Positions 1 to 13,860 of a stretch of DNA of 64,000 nucleotides are shown one piece after another. Both the position numbers and the translations under genes were made by a program. Positions within the stretch are counted from its first letter, which is position 1, and every line of letters begins with the position of its first letter. The stretch is from Camelus ferus (lineage: Eukaryota), in the NCBI RefSeq assembly GCF_009834535.1, contig NC_045697.1:37450001-37514000 (forward strand), written 5' to 3'. Under the pieces are notes generated by a model, which saw only the letters and a list, made by a program, of their open reading frames with translations, was not told where the DNA came from and ran no database searches.

Positions 1-969
1 ATTATAATGATACTATGGCAGGAATGTGGATTTGACTCAGACCCAAAAAAGGATAGTGACGAATTGCTACTAAGTATTGCTGTATTGCCATTGAATCTCA
101 TCAGATCTACAATCATAAAAACACATTTATCCTTATGATCCCCCTTCATTTAGTCTTCTGTTATATGCAGACTTACGTCTGTGTTCTTTGCTGATTATAT
201 AGTGTGGTCAAATGTGCATTTGTAGCAGGAGTTGGTAGAGGTGGTTAGGGTGAGTAAACAATTGTACACAGAGCTTCCCCCGTTACTTGGGTACCTCCTC
301 CCACCACGCACTCCCAGCTCCTATTATCTGTACTGTGTTCTTTAAAATCTGATTTTTTCTTGCCTTCCTTATGGACCTGATGGTGGTGAAATAATTTTTT
401 TTTTTTAAGATCACATATCTGTGGGGGTAAATCAGCAAATGGTTGGGATTTTTAATTGCATGAGCAATAAATTCTCAGAAGGGTTATAATTATAAGTACT
501 CTGAAATCTGCCACAGGCTGATCCGTGTTGTTGGAGACACCAGAATGACTCAGGTCCACGGCACGTTGAAAGGAGACAAGGCTGTTTTTTATCTCCACAG
601 GAAATACATAACTTATATACTTCTTAGGCTTATCTAAACCTCCAACTTGGGAGGAATTAGGGAATGTGTCATTTGGTGTACTGCTGATTGCAGAATATCT
701 AAGAAAACACAGCTCAGATTTAACCTGGAGAATTGCAGGGAGTTAGGAATCTTTAAAAGCAAAATGTATATTTAATGACTTAGACGGTGCATTGAGGCAC
801 TTAGAAAATGCAGATGAGCCCAGATTTTCATTTTTAGGAATCAGAATTAAACCTAGCTCATTCTTTATGCATTAAACATTTTCCTAGTGCAACTTGCCAC
901 GTACAGCCCAAACTGTACTCGTGTAATTTATCCTTTTCAGAATGAGGTCCTTGTCACTAGTGTTAGGGA

Positions 970-1140
970 CAGGGCTGGAATTAGGATGAGGCAAGAGAGT
1001 TGCCTAGGGTGTAAAATTCAAGGAGGGGCTCAATCACGGTGCTAGCCTATATTTGCAATACCTAGAAGGTGGGTGGGTGCCTTCTTCAATTCCTCACCCT
1101 AGATGCTTTTCTTTGCCTCACCTTAGTGAGGTAAGGCTCT
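970..1140. mobile_element. hAT-Tip100 MITE, MER96-like (palindromic)
   Basis: Starts CAGGGCTGGAATTAGGATGAGGCAAG...CCTAGGGTGTAAAATTCAAGGAGG; the distal arm CACCCTAGATGC...TTGCCTCACCTTAG is its inverted complement. Resembles the recalled MER96 consensus. Confidence 0.6.
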
Positions 1141-4100
1141 GATAGGGTCCCTTGAAGATTCTCTGAAAAAAGCCCATTGCTGGCTAAGATCCTCAGCTTA
1201 CTAAATCTCCAGGGGCTGTGGGGGGGAGGTGGCAGGAATGTGCATTTTAACCTCTTCTCTTAGTGCTTCAAATGCTCATCGAAGTTTGAGGGACCTTCTG
1301 CCAGCCTAAGATTCACCAGGACAAGAGCTACTCCTCAGGTAACGGTTGCGATAGTGGCTTAAAAATCTGCCTAATTAGCCAGCAGGCAGAAACAAGTAGG
1401 CCAGCCGGACCCCACCCCTTGCCAGCCCTGGCCGTTGTATAACTGCCACCAGGTGTCACGCTGGAAGGCTTGGCTCTGAGAGCAGTTGTACCCAAAGCTA
1501 AATGTAATTGATTATGTAATTTTTAGCTGTTCCAATTTTTTTTAAGTTGAAAAATGTTTTATAGGGTCATTATTAGCTATGTGTTCATTGTAAGAAAAAA
1601 ATGAGAAAATAAGTCAAAAGAATGAAATAGAATCTATCCTCAACCCGTTACTACCAGAGATGACCACTGTGAACATCTTAAGGCATCCTTTCAGCCCTTT
1701 TTTTCCTACTGGGTTAAAACTGAATTCCACTGAAAATCCATTATGTAGCATTAGGAAGAATGAGGGACAGAAGAAAGGTTAGTATAAGGACATGGGTATC
1801 AGGAAGTTAATTCCCCCTTGAGTCCTACCCAGTTATCTTTACTCTCCATTCATAGACCCTCCCCTCATCATTAATCTCAGTATGGAAGAAAATTCACACA
1901 GCCAGGGATATGTGTGGATTTCTCATCTCATGCCCACCACTGCAAAAATAATGTAAATTGTGCCCCTACACGGGAAAGTCACCATTAGGCTTTTCTTCCA
2001 GGTCCCTTCTTGTGACTCTAACAGAATTATTTTGGGATCTGAGGGCCTTGTTCCTTTGGGGGAGACTTAATCACCGAACAGCTCTTATCGTGTGCCTGCC
2101 ATCGGTCAGACTCTGCTAGGAGTCAGAGGTGCAGTCAGTAAGGCGCTGTTCTTGCCCTTGAGAATGTACGGTCTAATGGTAGAGGCAGACCACGATGTGG
2201 CAGAAGAGCATCAGGTATCCACAAGTGCTTCCAGAACAGGGAGGCGAGACCAACCCACGTGGCTTTGGAGAGTGAGGATGGCTTGGAGAAGGAGATGACA
2301 CTTGACTTGAGTCCAGAGACACCCGCCGTATGGCGCCTGCAGTCTTCAGCATATAGCATTCTCCCAAAGTTCCACTGTTTTCTGTGTTATGTCCTACTTT
2401 TCAGCCCAATCACACAGTTGCCTACGATAATTAAATGAAACTTGCCAGATGGATGCTTTCGCAAGACGATGGCTTGTCTTCTTGCTCTATTTGTGAAAGC
2501 TGGCATTGGATCCAGACTCTCAAGGATGCCCCTACCTTGAGATTGCTTTTGGAGTGTTGCTCTTTTGTGGGTCTTAGCCAAATGGCCTGCCCGTCAGCAG
2601 GGCCAGGTTGAATGACAGGTGGGTGTGCCACGCATGTGGACACTGATCTCTGCCAAGCCATTTTGCCACCAGGAGGTGAGGTGCTGAGAGGTTGTTCCAC
2701 AAAGATGTCATTTACCAATGTTACCTTCCTTTGAGGAGATAAACTTCCGATCTGTCAGTCTTTTCCTTTGACCATGTATATTTTTCCTATCAGTTGCAAG
2801 ATAATTGATGTCAAATTCCCAACGCATCAGGTTAAAACACATGCACATTCTCATGCTATCTTAATCAATTTTCAGATCACTGAGGAGAATATTTAGTGAC
2901 AAGTACAGTTAACTTAATTGGTAGCAGACTTGATTAACGGAGGAGGGTAGGTACTCTGAATAAAAAAGCGTAACTGGACCATTAATAAACTAGTCATTAA
3001 TAAATTCGTAATCAGTACATTTATTGTTTCATTTCTGTGCATCATTCTTGGTTCTTTGTGTGCTCCATCTCATTTAATTGTCACAACATCCCTATGAAAT
3101 GGGTACTATTATTCCCATTGGACATACGAGGAGACTTGGTGAAGGGCAGAGCAGCTCTGGGTGTCGGGGCTGGTGTGCAGGTCTGCCTGCCACACGCACG
3201 GCCGCCCGTCGCTCTGTACTCAGACTTGGTGGCAGCAGATGCTGCACCATGGATACAGGGTGAGCACATCACCGTTCCTGTCACCAGATGCTTTCAGTGT
3301 AGCCGGCTCATTCTCAAAGGGTTAGAATCCTTCAGATATGTGACCAGTAGAACAACTGAACGTAAGTTCATCTTCCGTTCACTTTAGAAATAACCTCAAG
3401 AATTTTCAGGGCTTTACGGCACCCTTGATTGAATATCAGTTGATTATTATAGTTACACAGAAATGTCAAATTAGAGCATTCCTGCTGATACAGTTTACTT
3501 TTTCAGTGATTGTACTCAGGTTTAGATAGATGTATGAATAAAACTCTTGGGCTGGTTAAATTTTCTGTTCATATTTTGCATTTGAAATAAAAATTTGGAG
3601 TTAAAAGCCCGTATTCTTTCACTCTTATGTTTTGGTTTCTCTGTAAAAGGGCAGTTCAGATCTTTATCCGCACCACCCCCTCCAGACGCCTGCCTCTCAA
3701 ACAAGGAAATTACTCGAGGGCGAGCTGGGGGGCTTCTCTTTTCCTGTAACTCCTCCTAGTTTGATCTATTCCACTTCCTGCAATAACTTGAAATTCCTGT
3801 GGCAGTTCAGTCATTTGAAATCCTGATGGCTGGCATCCTTTAAACTGGATTTCCACCTTTAAAACAGTTGGGAATCCTGGAGTCCTAAATAAGATCCATC
3901 TTTCAGAGTTCCCCCTCCCTGGAACAGAAACCTGTCAGGTGGTCCTGCGACCCCAGCCAGGCAGATCTCGGAGAGCCTCGCAGTTACAGGATGGACAATG
4001 TGCTGGGTGGAGCGGGGGCTGGGCAGCGCTGCAGAGGTGGGGCGGTCTTTCTTGGTCAGACCCTCACATCCACCTCCCTGCCTTCCACTCATTGGTTCAG

Positions 4101-4183
4101 ATTTCCCCCTTTGAACAACATGTTCCCTCAGGGTCTTCTTTAGCCTCGAGAAAGTTTTTAAGGAATCGGAAAGAGTGGAGTGA

Positions 4184-4354
<171 letters not shown>

Positions 4355-5609
4355 TGAGGTGATTATTTTGGGTACCTCTTAGCATGCATAAAGAAATGAC
4401 TGCCATTCCGTTTTTTTTTTTTTAAAAAAAAGCTTTGTTTTGATTAATTTTTTTCTATTCATGTGGCTTTTTTAGAGGGCCTAATTGCTATATTTTTCTT
4501 GGTAGACATTAATTTTGTTTGCTGAAAAATGATTACTGAATGACTTCTCTATTTTGGTGGTTATCTTTTGGATTTATCATGTAATTTCCAGCCTGCAGGT
4601 AGATAAAGCAATTTTCCAGGACAGAGTAATTAGATTTCCAATCTATCCACGGAAAGTAACGTGTGTGGGAAATGTGGCTGTAGTTATCATGAAAAAAAGT
4701 GCCTCAAAAGTTAATTGCCAAGTTACCAAAAAGTAATGATCGTACAATTACCACATACACACGGCCCTGGGAAGCTGTGTTTTAAAAAGGTTTTCTCCTT
4801 GATTAGGTGCTCAGCTCCTGAGCAGAGCACATCTGGCCTTGTACCTGCTCTCCCTCACCATCCACACTTAAGCCTTAAATTGTCCTTTCACATTACCTGA
4901 AGATGAAAACGGGGTCAGCATTGCTGTTTTTATCCATCAAATACTATTCTACGCTCAGGCTTTAAAGCCCAGTGTAACATCACAATTGAACAGTCAGGAT
5001 GATGATAGAAATTTCACTTTTCACAGAATAGACCTTTTTTTTAATCAACAACAAGTTGGAAGAGGTTAATAAGATTGTTGTTTTCGTCTGAGTTTGAGTG
5101 GAGTATTTTCTTTGGGGAGCAATAGAGGGGTTTGAGACCCCTGGAAAGTCTGCCTACAGGGGAATCAACCCCAGTAGTTACAGACATCCACTGAGCAAAT
5201 ATTCATGGAGTGCCAACTGTATGCCCGATGTGGGTCTAGTGAGCACAGCACATCTGAGTCCATTTGTGAGTTTATATTCTAGTGCATTGAGGTGGGCAGC
5301 AGGCGAGTTAGATAACTACCACATGCAAGTGTTAAGTGTTAAGGGAAAAGTAAAGCAAGGCAAGGGAATAGAAAATTGCTATGCATATGGGGGGGTAATT
5401 TAAAATAGGGTCATGTGAGTCTAGCTTCTGATGGTTTTCCATCTGGGCTACAAGCCAGCAGCACAACCTCTGTCTCCCTGCACGGAGCCTGGAGCCGCAG
5501 GGTCCTTGCTTCTGGGGCTTGGGGGTTGTCCTGTTTTCGTCCTTATAGACTTAATTTTTTTTCTTTTTCTTTTATTTTGTATCTATAGGAGATGATAGAT
5601 GTCCACTAA

Positions 5610-5745
5610 ATGTATTATATTAATGCTTTCATGACATATGTAAGTCAAACCATTATGCTGTGTACCTTAAACATCTTACAGTGCCGTATGGCAGTTCTAT
5701 CTCAATAAAACTAGAATGAAAGTAAATTTTAATTTTTTTTAAAAG
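5610..5745 (+). mobile_element. L1 3'-end fragment
   Basis: CATTATGCTGTGTACCTTAAAC...GTTCTATCTCAATAAAACTAG followed by an A/T-rich tail, typical of an L1 3' terminus. Confidence 0.55.
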
Positions 5746-6372
5746 TGAAAGGAAATGAGGATAATTGGGAATGAATATCTCTTAGTGAATCCACAGGGAC
5801 TCTGTTTATGATGTTGGTTTTCCTTTAAAGTATTATTTTAACTACTTTTCAGAAGCCACTGCTTTCATCATTTGATTTAAATTTTTTTTTTAGAATTTCT
5901 TTTTTTCACTTTCCTCCTCCATGCTCCTCCTTTTTAACCTTTCAGACATCCTTCCACAATTTTTTACTTTATTTATAAAGGTCCTTTGTTTATAAAGGAT
6001 CTGAGCCCACCCTCTTATTTCATTCCTTTCAATAGCCCTCCAAGGTGGATATTGCCATCCCTGTTTCACGGCTGTGGGAACTGAGTCTTGGAGAGTTTTA
6101 GCACTAGTCAGAAGTCAACAGAATAGGTGTTTGAGTCAGGATTTCAAAGGCACATCTCACACCAAAACCGCTTCTCCTCTTTCTCAGTCTTCCAAGTGCT
6201 TCTCTGCCCACCGTGCCACAGACGTGCCCATTCATCATCACACACTGTCTCGTTGTAAAAGGAAATGTCAGGTCACGAACCTCCGACTTGGTTTTAGAAG
6301 TATGCCAAATCCAATGTGTTTGATTGATTACTTTTCCTAGAGTAAGTCTGGGCTGCTCTTTTTTCCCCCTAG

Positions 6373-6566
6373 ATGTTCCGTTCCCATCGGGCCAGTGGAT
6401 GTGCAGATACAAAACTCCTCTGTATCCCCGTTTGGGAAACTGGTGATTCACAGCTCCATCGATTACAGTGCGTTCAAGCACAATGGCACAGTGGAATGTA
6501 GGGCTCACAACGATGTGGGCAAGAGTTCTGCCTTTTTTAACTTTGCATTTAAAGGTAACAGCAAAG
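6373..6566 (+). CDS. KIT: KIT exon 9 (Ig-like domain 5; long GNSK+ form, alternative donor ends exon at 6554)
   Basis: cccctag|ATGTTCCGTT...AAAGGTAACAGCAAAG|gtatat; 194 nt; [64 protein letters not shown]. Confidence 0.98.
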
Positions 6567-6799
6567 GTATATTTCTTTTTAATCCAATTTAAGGGGATGT
6601 TTAGGCTCTGCCTGCCATGTCAATCATGATTTTAAGTCCATTCCATCATGGGCCATGTCATTTCTGGTAATACCAACATTGCACATTTGACTGTCACCAA
6701 ACTCACCAAGTTTCATTCTGTACTAGTTACTAAAATGTCTGTGGTAATTTTAACCATGTACTCTCTGTACTTTGTGTATTCATGTATGTATGTATGCAT

Positions 6800-6803
<4 letters not shown>

Positions 6804-6830
<27 letters not shown>
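6804..6830. repeat. (GT)n microsatellite, intron 9
   Basis: Pure GT run of ~13 units flanked by TATG and TA repeats. Confidence 0.95.
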
Positions 6831-6838
<8 letters not shown>

Positions 6839-7735
6839 AAATTGGGTATTTCCAGCTGTTTCTATTAGGAAGGGGTAGAGAAAGAAGATGGGGGAAATAG
6901 ACTTACCTTATACCAAACAGAAACAGAAATAGGGCAATTGAAATTTTTAAATTCATTTAAACATTATTTAAATTGTTATTTAAAATCAGTTATTTTAACA
7001 CATTGTCAGACTGTTTCAGAAAGTTAACACTACCTTCTAGGAAATATTCTCCGTGAGCTAATTCATTAATGTCTGTAAAATTTGATTCATGAGTGACCAG
7101 CTCTCCTAACATAAGTTAAATGGTCCTTGTGACGAATTGATGAATTGGTGTGAAGTCAGGAGACAAAGAAACTGGGCACGAACATCCACAAGACTGGTTT
7201 TTTGTTTTCTTGAGTTGGCAAAGGCGAGTGCCAACAGTGGGGTATGTTCAGTTTTTTTGAGTAATGAGGGGAAGAATCTCACATTGTTCTTCATCATAGG
7301 TTTTTTTTCAGACAGGGCAGTGAAAAGAACACTTTCCAAATGTTTTTCTCGGTTGTGAAAGAAATTCATGCTCAATGTAGAAAATCTGAAAAATAGAGGA
7401 AAGCATAAAGAAGAAACTGTAAACCATCCATAGAGGAGACGTGTTAAAGTTCAGGGCAGGCATTTCAAGTACAAAGTTTGTCCAGGTGTCGCTTTTCATT
7501 GACAAATGGACATAACGTTATTCTTGCACTGTGGAAATCTCAGCTTCTTTTCCACACTTGTCTGGTTTAAAGCTGTTATTTTAAAAGATTCCTTTGAATA
7601 ACAAGAGTAAGATGATAAGGCAAGGAGCTCAGATACACCTGGTTCGATGGCTGCCCTGAGGGGCTTACAGGTGGGAGGTGGTGAAGATCTGACCCTGCTC
7701 ACAGGTTGTGATTCCGGGCTCCTCTTTCATTTTAG

Positions 7736-7842
7736 AACAAATCCAAGCCCATACCCTGTTCACGCCTTTGCTGATTGGTTTTGTGATCGCAGCTGGTATA
7801 ATGTGTATCATCGTGATGATTCTTACATACAAATATTTACAG
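7736..7842 (+). CDS. KIT: KIT exon 10 (transmembrane helix)
   Basis: ttttag|AACAAATCC...TATTTACAG|gtaaca; 107 nt; (E)[35 protein letters not shown]. Confidence 0.98.
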
Positions 7843-7882
7843 GTAACAGTTTATTTGTTCTCTGCCCTGAACACGGTAATGA

Positions 7883-8131
<249 letters not shown>

Positions 8132-8288
8132 TAATAACTTCCTTTGTTTTATTCCACCTGAAACAGTAAGTGTCTTTTGTGCAATTTCACCACCTTTGAT
8201 AGGTTTGGCATCAAGCATACTTTAGAGGAAGTGTATCTAGACAAATGTGTCCCTAATTCCTTGATTGGTTTTGAAATGACACAAATGA

Positions 8289-8507
<219 letters not shown>

Positions 8508-8510
8508 TAA

Positions 8511-8669
<159 letters not shown>

Positions 8670-9860
8670 TGATCGGTCAAATAATCAAAAGAGGGGATAT
8701 TTTGATGGTTTTGACAATGCTTGATTATAAACTTCTTGCGAGATTTTTACCCAGGTGGTCAGCATCTTGCTAGATTCCTACCCTGTGGGCTGTGGTTCTT
8801 AAGAATGTAAATTTTGGCTTTATCATCCTGAGATGGGATAGCCTAGGACATATCCTCATCACTGTCACGTATGTCCCATTGACATTGGCCTCTTGACTAT
8901 CTCAAGAATGTCTCATCTCACCCAGAAGGCTTTTCTTTTATCTTACAAGCTTTTATGTTTTGTCGGACCATATTTAGTCACAAAAGGGTTAATGTTCATT
9001 TGCATACCATAATTAAAAATAGGCCTCTAAGCCCACCAGCTCTCAAAAAGACACCAAATGAGCCAACACTTCACTTCTATAAAAAACAAATGTCCAATTC
9101 GGAAGCTTTCATTAGCCAAGCCTCCCATCAAGGCTTCTATGATGTTTTCCAGAAAGCATTTTGGTTGAAAAGAACAAAGATGGGTAAGATGAGCCATTCC
9201 TCAAGATCTGGAAAGATCCATGGTGAAGTTGACAGCTTTATATGTCTTAAAACAGCCCCCATAAATGTTGCTTCACCACATCATGAATTGTTCATGAGAG
9301 ATTTCTGCCTGAGTTAATTAGTTGCCTGTTAACTTCTGAGCTGCAGTTTTCAGGCATTCCTGGCACCAAAGAAAAAAATTTGACTGATGGGGTCCTGCAC
9401 ACAGGTGATGCCCATTATTCCAGGGTGTCCCCCACCTTCCAGTCTCAGCTGGCTGTTCTGGTGGCTGGTTTTCCTATTATGCCGCAGTTTGTGCTTGCGC
9501 TGAGCATCATTTCCATAATAACGTTACCAAGAAGGCGTGAAGCCCCCACTGTAAACACAAGTGAATCACAGAATTCATGTAGGAAGCTTGATAATAATAA
9601 AATGGTGAAAGCCATAACTCCTGTCTGAAACCAGCAGTCATGCCTGGCCCCTAATCACTCAGAAATTCAGGTAAAAAGATTGTTTAGTTTTACTCCACAG
9701 AACGCTGCTTTTTGCTAAGCAGTCTTAATAGATAGGGTTGTACTGGTCCTGAGTAGGCTGAGCATTGAACCTGAATGTGAGTGGCCGTGATCACCCTTGG
9801 GTCTTTTTATGGGAGGCTCCATGGTCTGTTTATCTCACCTCTTTCTAACCTTTTCTTTAA

Positions 9861-10022
<162 letters not shown>

Positions 10023-11896
10023 TAAGGCTGATTTACATAAATAGCTGTTGACAGGCAGTTCATGGGGTCATAAGGGTTTGCAATCAAGGATGATTCTTTA
10101 AAAAAGTGAGCTGAGGTACTTTGAGGTGCAAAATCAGAATTATTAAATCATTTGAATGTGATTAACGGTTCAGAAAGTTCAAATTGAGTTTTTAAAGATT
10201 CAAATAGCGTTGAACTTGAATTTTTGTTGATTTTTTAAAAATGCGGCTTTAGTGCTTTTCTTAGCTTTAGTTCTGTTCAACTGAATGCATTCTGTGCCTG
10301 TTTCTATTATCGTGTTCTATTCTCCCATGTCATTCTCTTTTCACTGTTGAGCTGGGTACTGTATGCATCTTTACAGGGAGACATTGTTTATGGGGAAAAT
10401 GGGAAGGCCTGCCAGGTTGTCACAGTAAATTCCTGTAAAACCTGTAACAGAATGGCAGAGAACTCCAACAGCTCTCTGCACTGTAGGTTTCTGGCCATCT
10501 ATCTCTGAATCATTTCTGTATACCTTGTCTTTTTTCCTTAACTCATCATGCTATAAAAAGGCACAGCTACTCTAGCACATTTTAAAAAATTCGGCACCTT
10601 ATTTTCATCTCTTTCATTCACTGGTACCATTCTGAATTTGAAGGATGTGTCAAGGGCTTCAAGTTTCTTTAAGGAGAGTTGGTGTGGTTTACAGCCAGAA
10701 TAGAATCCTCTGCCGTGTCTCGCCTCTTCTTTCCAAGTGTTGTTAAGACTTCCCGGATTCACCCAGCCCAGCAGGAATCATACTCATCATGCCCAGTCCC
10801 TTCTACTTTATATTTCTGCAGTTGTTTCTTTCCTTTTTATTCACTACATCCCCTACATTTTGAGAAGTCAAGACTGTGTCTCCCAAGCTTAACTCTGGGC
10901 CTTCAAGGAGACCTCGGTAAATATTATTATTCACAGGGCAGTTATGTCTCTTAAAGTGCTTTTCTATACCTCTGGCTGAAGTTTTAAACCCCAGGTGAGG
11001 CTTTTTAATTTCTTTTTTAATCCTGTAAACTTTGAGTAGCGTCAAGTGGCAGTAAAGTAGCAGTACAACTACCTCTTGTTGGTTCCTCTAGAGCATATGC
11101 CCCTTTATGTGAAAAAAAAAAAAATGAGCCACTTTGCCTGATTTCTAAAACCTTGGTCCCCATATATGTATTTTTTAACTTCCTGAAATAATGGCCTAAA
11201 TTGTTCAATCCTATGTAGTGTTCTTTGTGCTTTGGGATCCCATATGGGGTTGGAACCACCAGCACACTCTGAAGGAGATTGTTGTCATGGTGTTTCTATG
11301 CTAATCAGAAGCAGGAAGTACTAGAAATCTTGAAGACTCTCCAGCCAAATGTTGCAGACTCAAGAGGTCCAGATGGTTCAGAAAATCGTCCAAATTATTG
11401 GTGTTTATCTGAACCAAACCTGGTTTTTTTAAACCTCCTTCCATCAGTTGCTGTATGTTAACGATCTCTGTCTCTCCCTCCCCCCACCCCCCCATAACAC
11501 ATCTCAGAAGCTCTGGTTCTTTGTCTCTTGTCTCTTTCATCTTGCCTCTCTCGAGGCTAATTTAGAGAGTTTGAAGTAATATGGGATAATGGTTTGGTTC
11601 TCTGTTTCCCATTTATCCCTGGTGCCAAGAGATGGGAAATTTATAACCTGAGTCCTGTCTATGACTGAACACAAAAAAGACCATCTAATTCCTGGGGATT
11701 GGATTCTAATGTTGAGTTTTAAAAACTCTTATCTCCCTGAACAAGATTTTCTTCATTCAAACTTGGCAATGCTTTCTTCAGATAAAGTCAGCCAATTTTG
11801 TAAAAAAGGGAGTGGGGAGATAGAGCTGCCCCATGGGTGCTCCCCCACTTCCCATTTTACTTAATCTTGATTTGATGGATGTTTCATCTCTCGCAG

Positions 11897-11988
11897 CAGT
11901 GATAGTACTAATGAGTACATGGATATGAAGCCCGGAGTTTCTTACGTTGTACCAACCAAGGCAGACAAGAGGAGGCCTGCCAGGATAG
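11897..11988 (+). CDS. KIT: KIT exon 15 (kinase insert with YMDM PI3K docking motif; alternative acceptor at 11900)
   Basis: tcgcag|CAGTGATAG...AGGATAG|gtgggt; 92 nt; (C)[30 protein letters not shown]. Confidence 0.98.
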
Positions 11989-12315
11989 GTGGGTACTTCC
12001 CAAGCAATAAAAGCAACTTCATTGGCAGGGTTTCTCGTACCACTGTGGAATAAACACAACAGCATTCCTGGTAGTGGGGCTCTCCTTTACAGTAGGATGC
12101 AGGGGCAGTGCCGGTGGTCAGTGGCGGTGAGGGGTTGCAAGTTGGTATTGGGGGTCAGAGCTTGTGTTGTTGTGTCTGACTGCATCCATGATAACATACA
12201 TATCAAAATATATCAAATACATATTTGGCATATGAAAAATAAGATACTTTTGTATTCATCCACCCTTCTTCTTCCCTAAAGATTTTTTAATTTAGCCCAT
12301 GACTGGGGATATTAG

Positions 12316-12675
<360 letters not shown>

Positions 12676-13692
12676 TAGAGCTATAGTGAGAATGTGGAGT
12701 GTCATATGAAGTGTGGTTAACCAGAAACAGAGGAAATAGAGTTTATTCATGTTCCAACTGCTGTCTCTTTGGAATTCCTATTCTCGTGTATAAGCTTTAA
12801 AGTGCAAGCCTGTCTCAATGAGCTTTCTATGAATCTATTTTTTATATGCAATGAATTCATTTAAAACTTGGGTCTTAGGATATAGGAGCCACTCTTAGAA
12901 AATAGGGAGAGAATTATTTTATCAGCCAAAGGAGAGGGTCCTTCATGTAGCTGCAATGCTTGATGAAGCATATACTTGGGTTTTATTGAAGTGAGACCTC
13001 AACTATTGCATGGTTCATGAAGTACTGGGGTGAGGCATGGAGTAAGGGATCAAGAGAGAGTAATAAACACTTGATGAGACGATGGGGATGGGAAGAGACT
13101 GTAGAACCAAAACAAGGAACATGGTCTCTGGTCAGTGAGAGGAATTCCTTAGGAACTGGGACTTGCAGAATAGAATGAGGTTAGAGATCTTACCCTTAAA
13201 TGTCACTGGTGACATTTCCAAGCAATTACCAAACTAAAAGAGGATGTGGATGGCTGAAATAAAGAGCCTCTTTCCTGTGTCCTTGGGGGTATCCAATGGA
13301 AAGTTGCAGGCATTTTAGAAACTCTTTAAAAGAACATTCAAAGAGAACCATGCAAAATGAGTTTTCAGTTTTAAAAAATGATCCAACTATTTATAATGTA
13401 TTTTCCTATGAATGAAAGCAGTTCGCAGAAGAAAAAAAGCATTTATTCGAGTTGGTTTTGCAAGTGATTATAGTAATTAAGGTCCTAACGACGTGAAACA
13501 CAAATGTGAACATCATTCAAAGCGTAATTTGGATATTTATTTTTGGTGCGCCGAATAGTTTAAAATGTAAAACTAAAGTATTGGCACTGTATAACATAAG
13601 CAGCGTTCTAGCATTAAACATAGTTTTCACTCTTTGAAAGTTTAAAATAAGTTTAAATGGTTTTTCTCTTTTGTCTCCCACTCTCCTAATAG

Positions 13693-13860
<168 letters not shown>

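Noticed and set aside
6104..6508. Antisense ORFs overlapping KIT exons (also 8237-8422, 18311-18523, 19626-19932)
   Set aside because: Shadow frames of coding exons, with no independent evidence of a gene.
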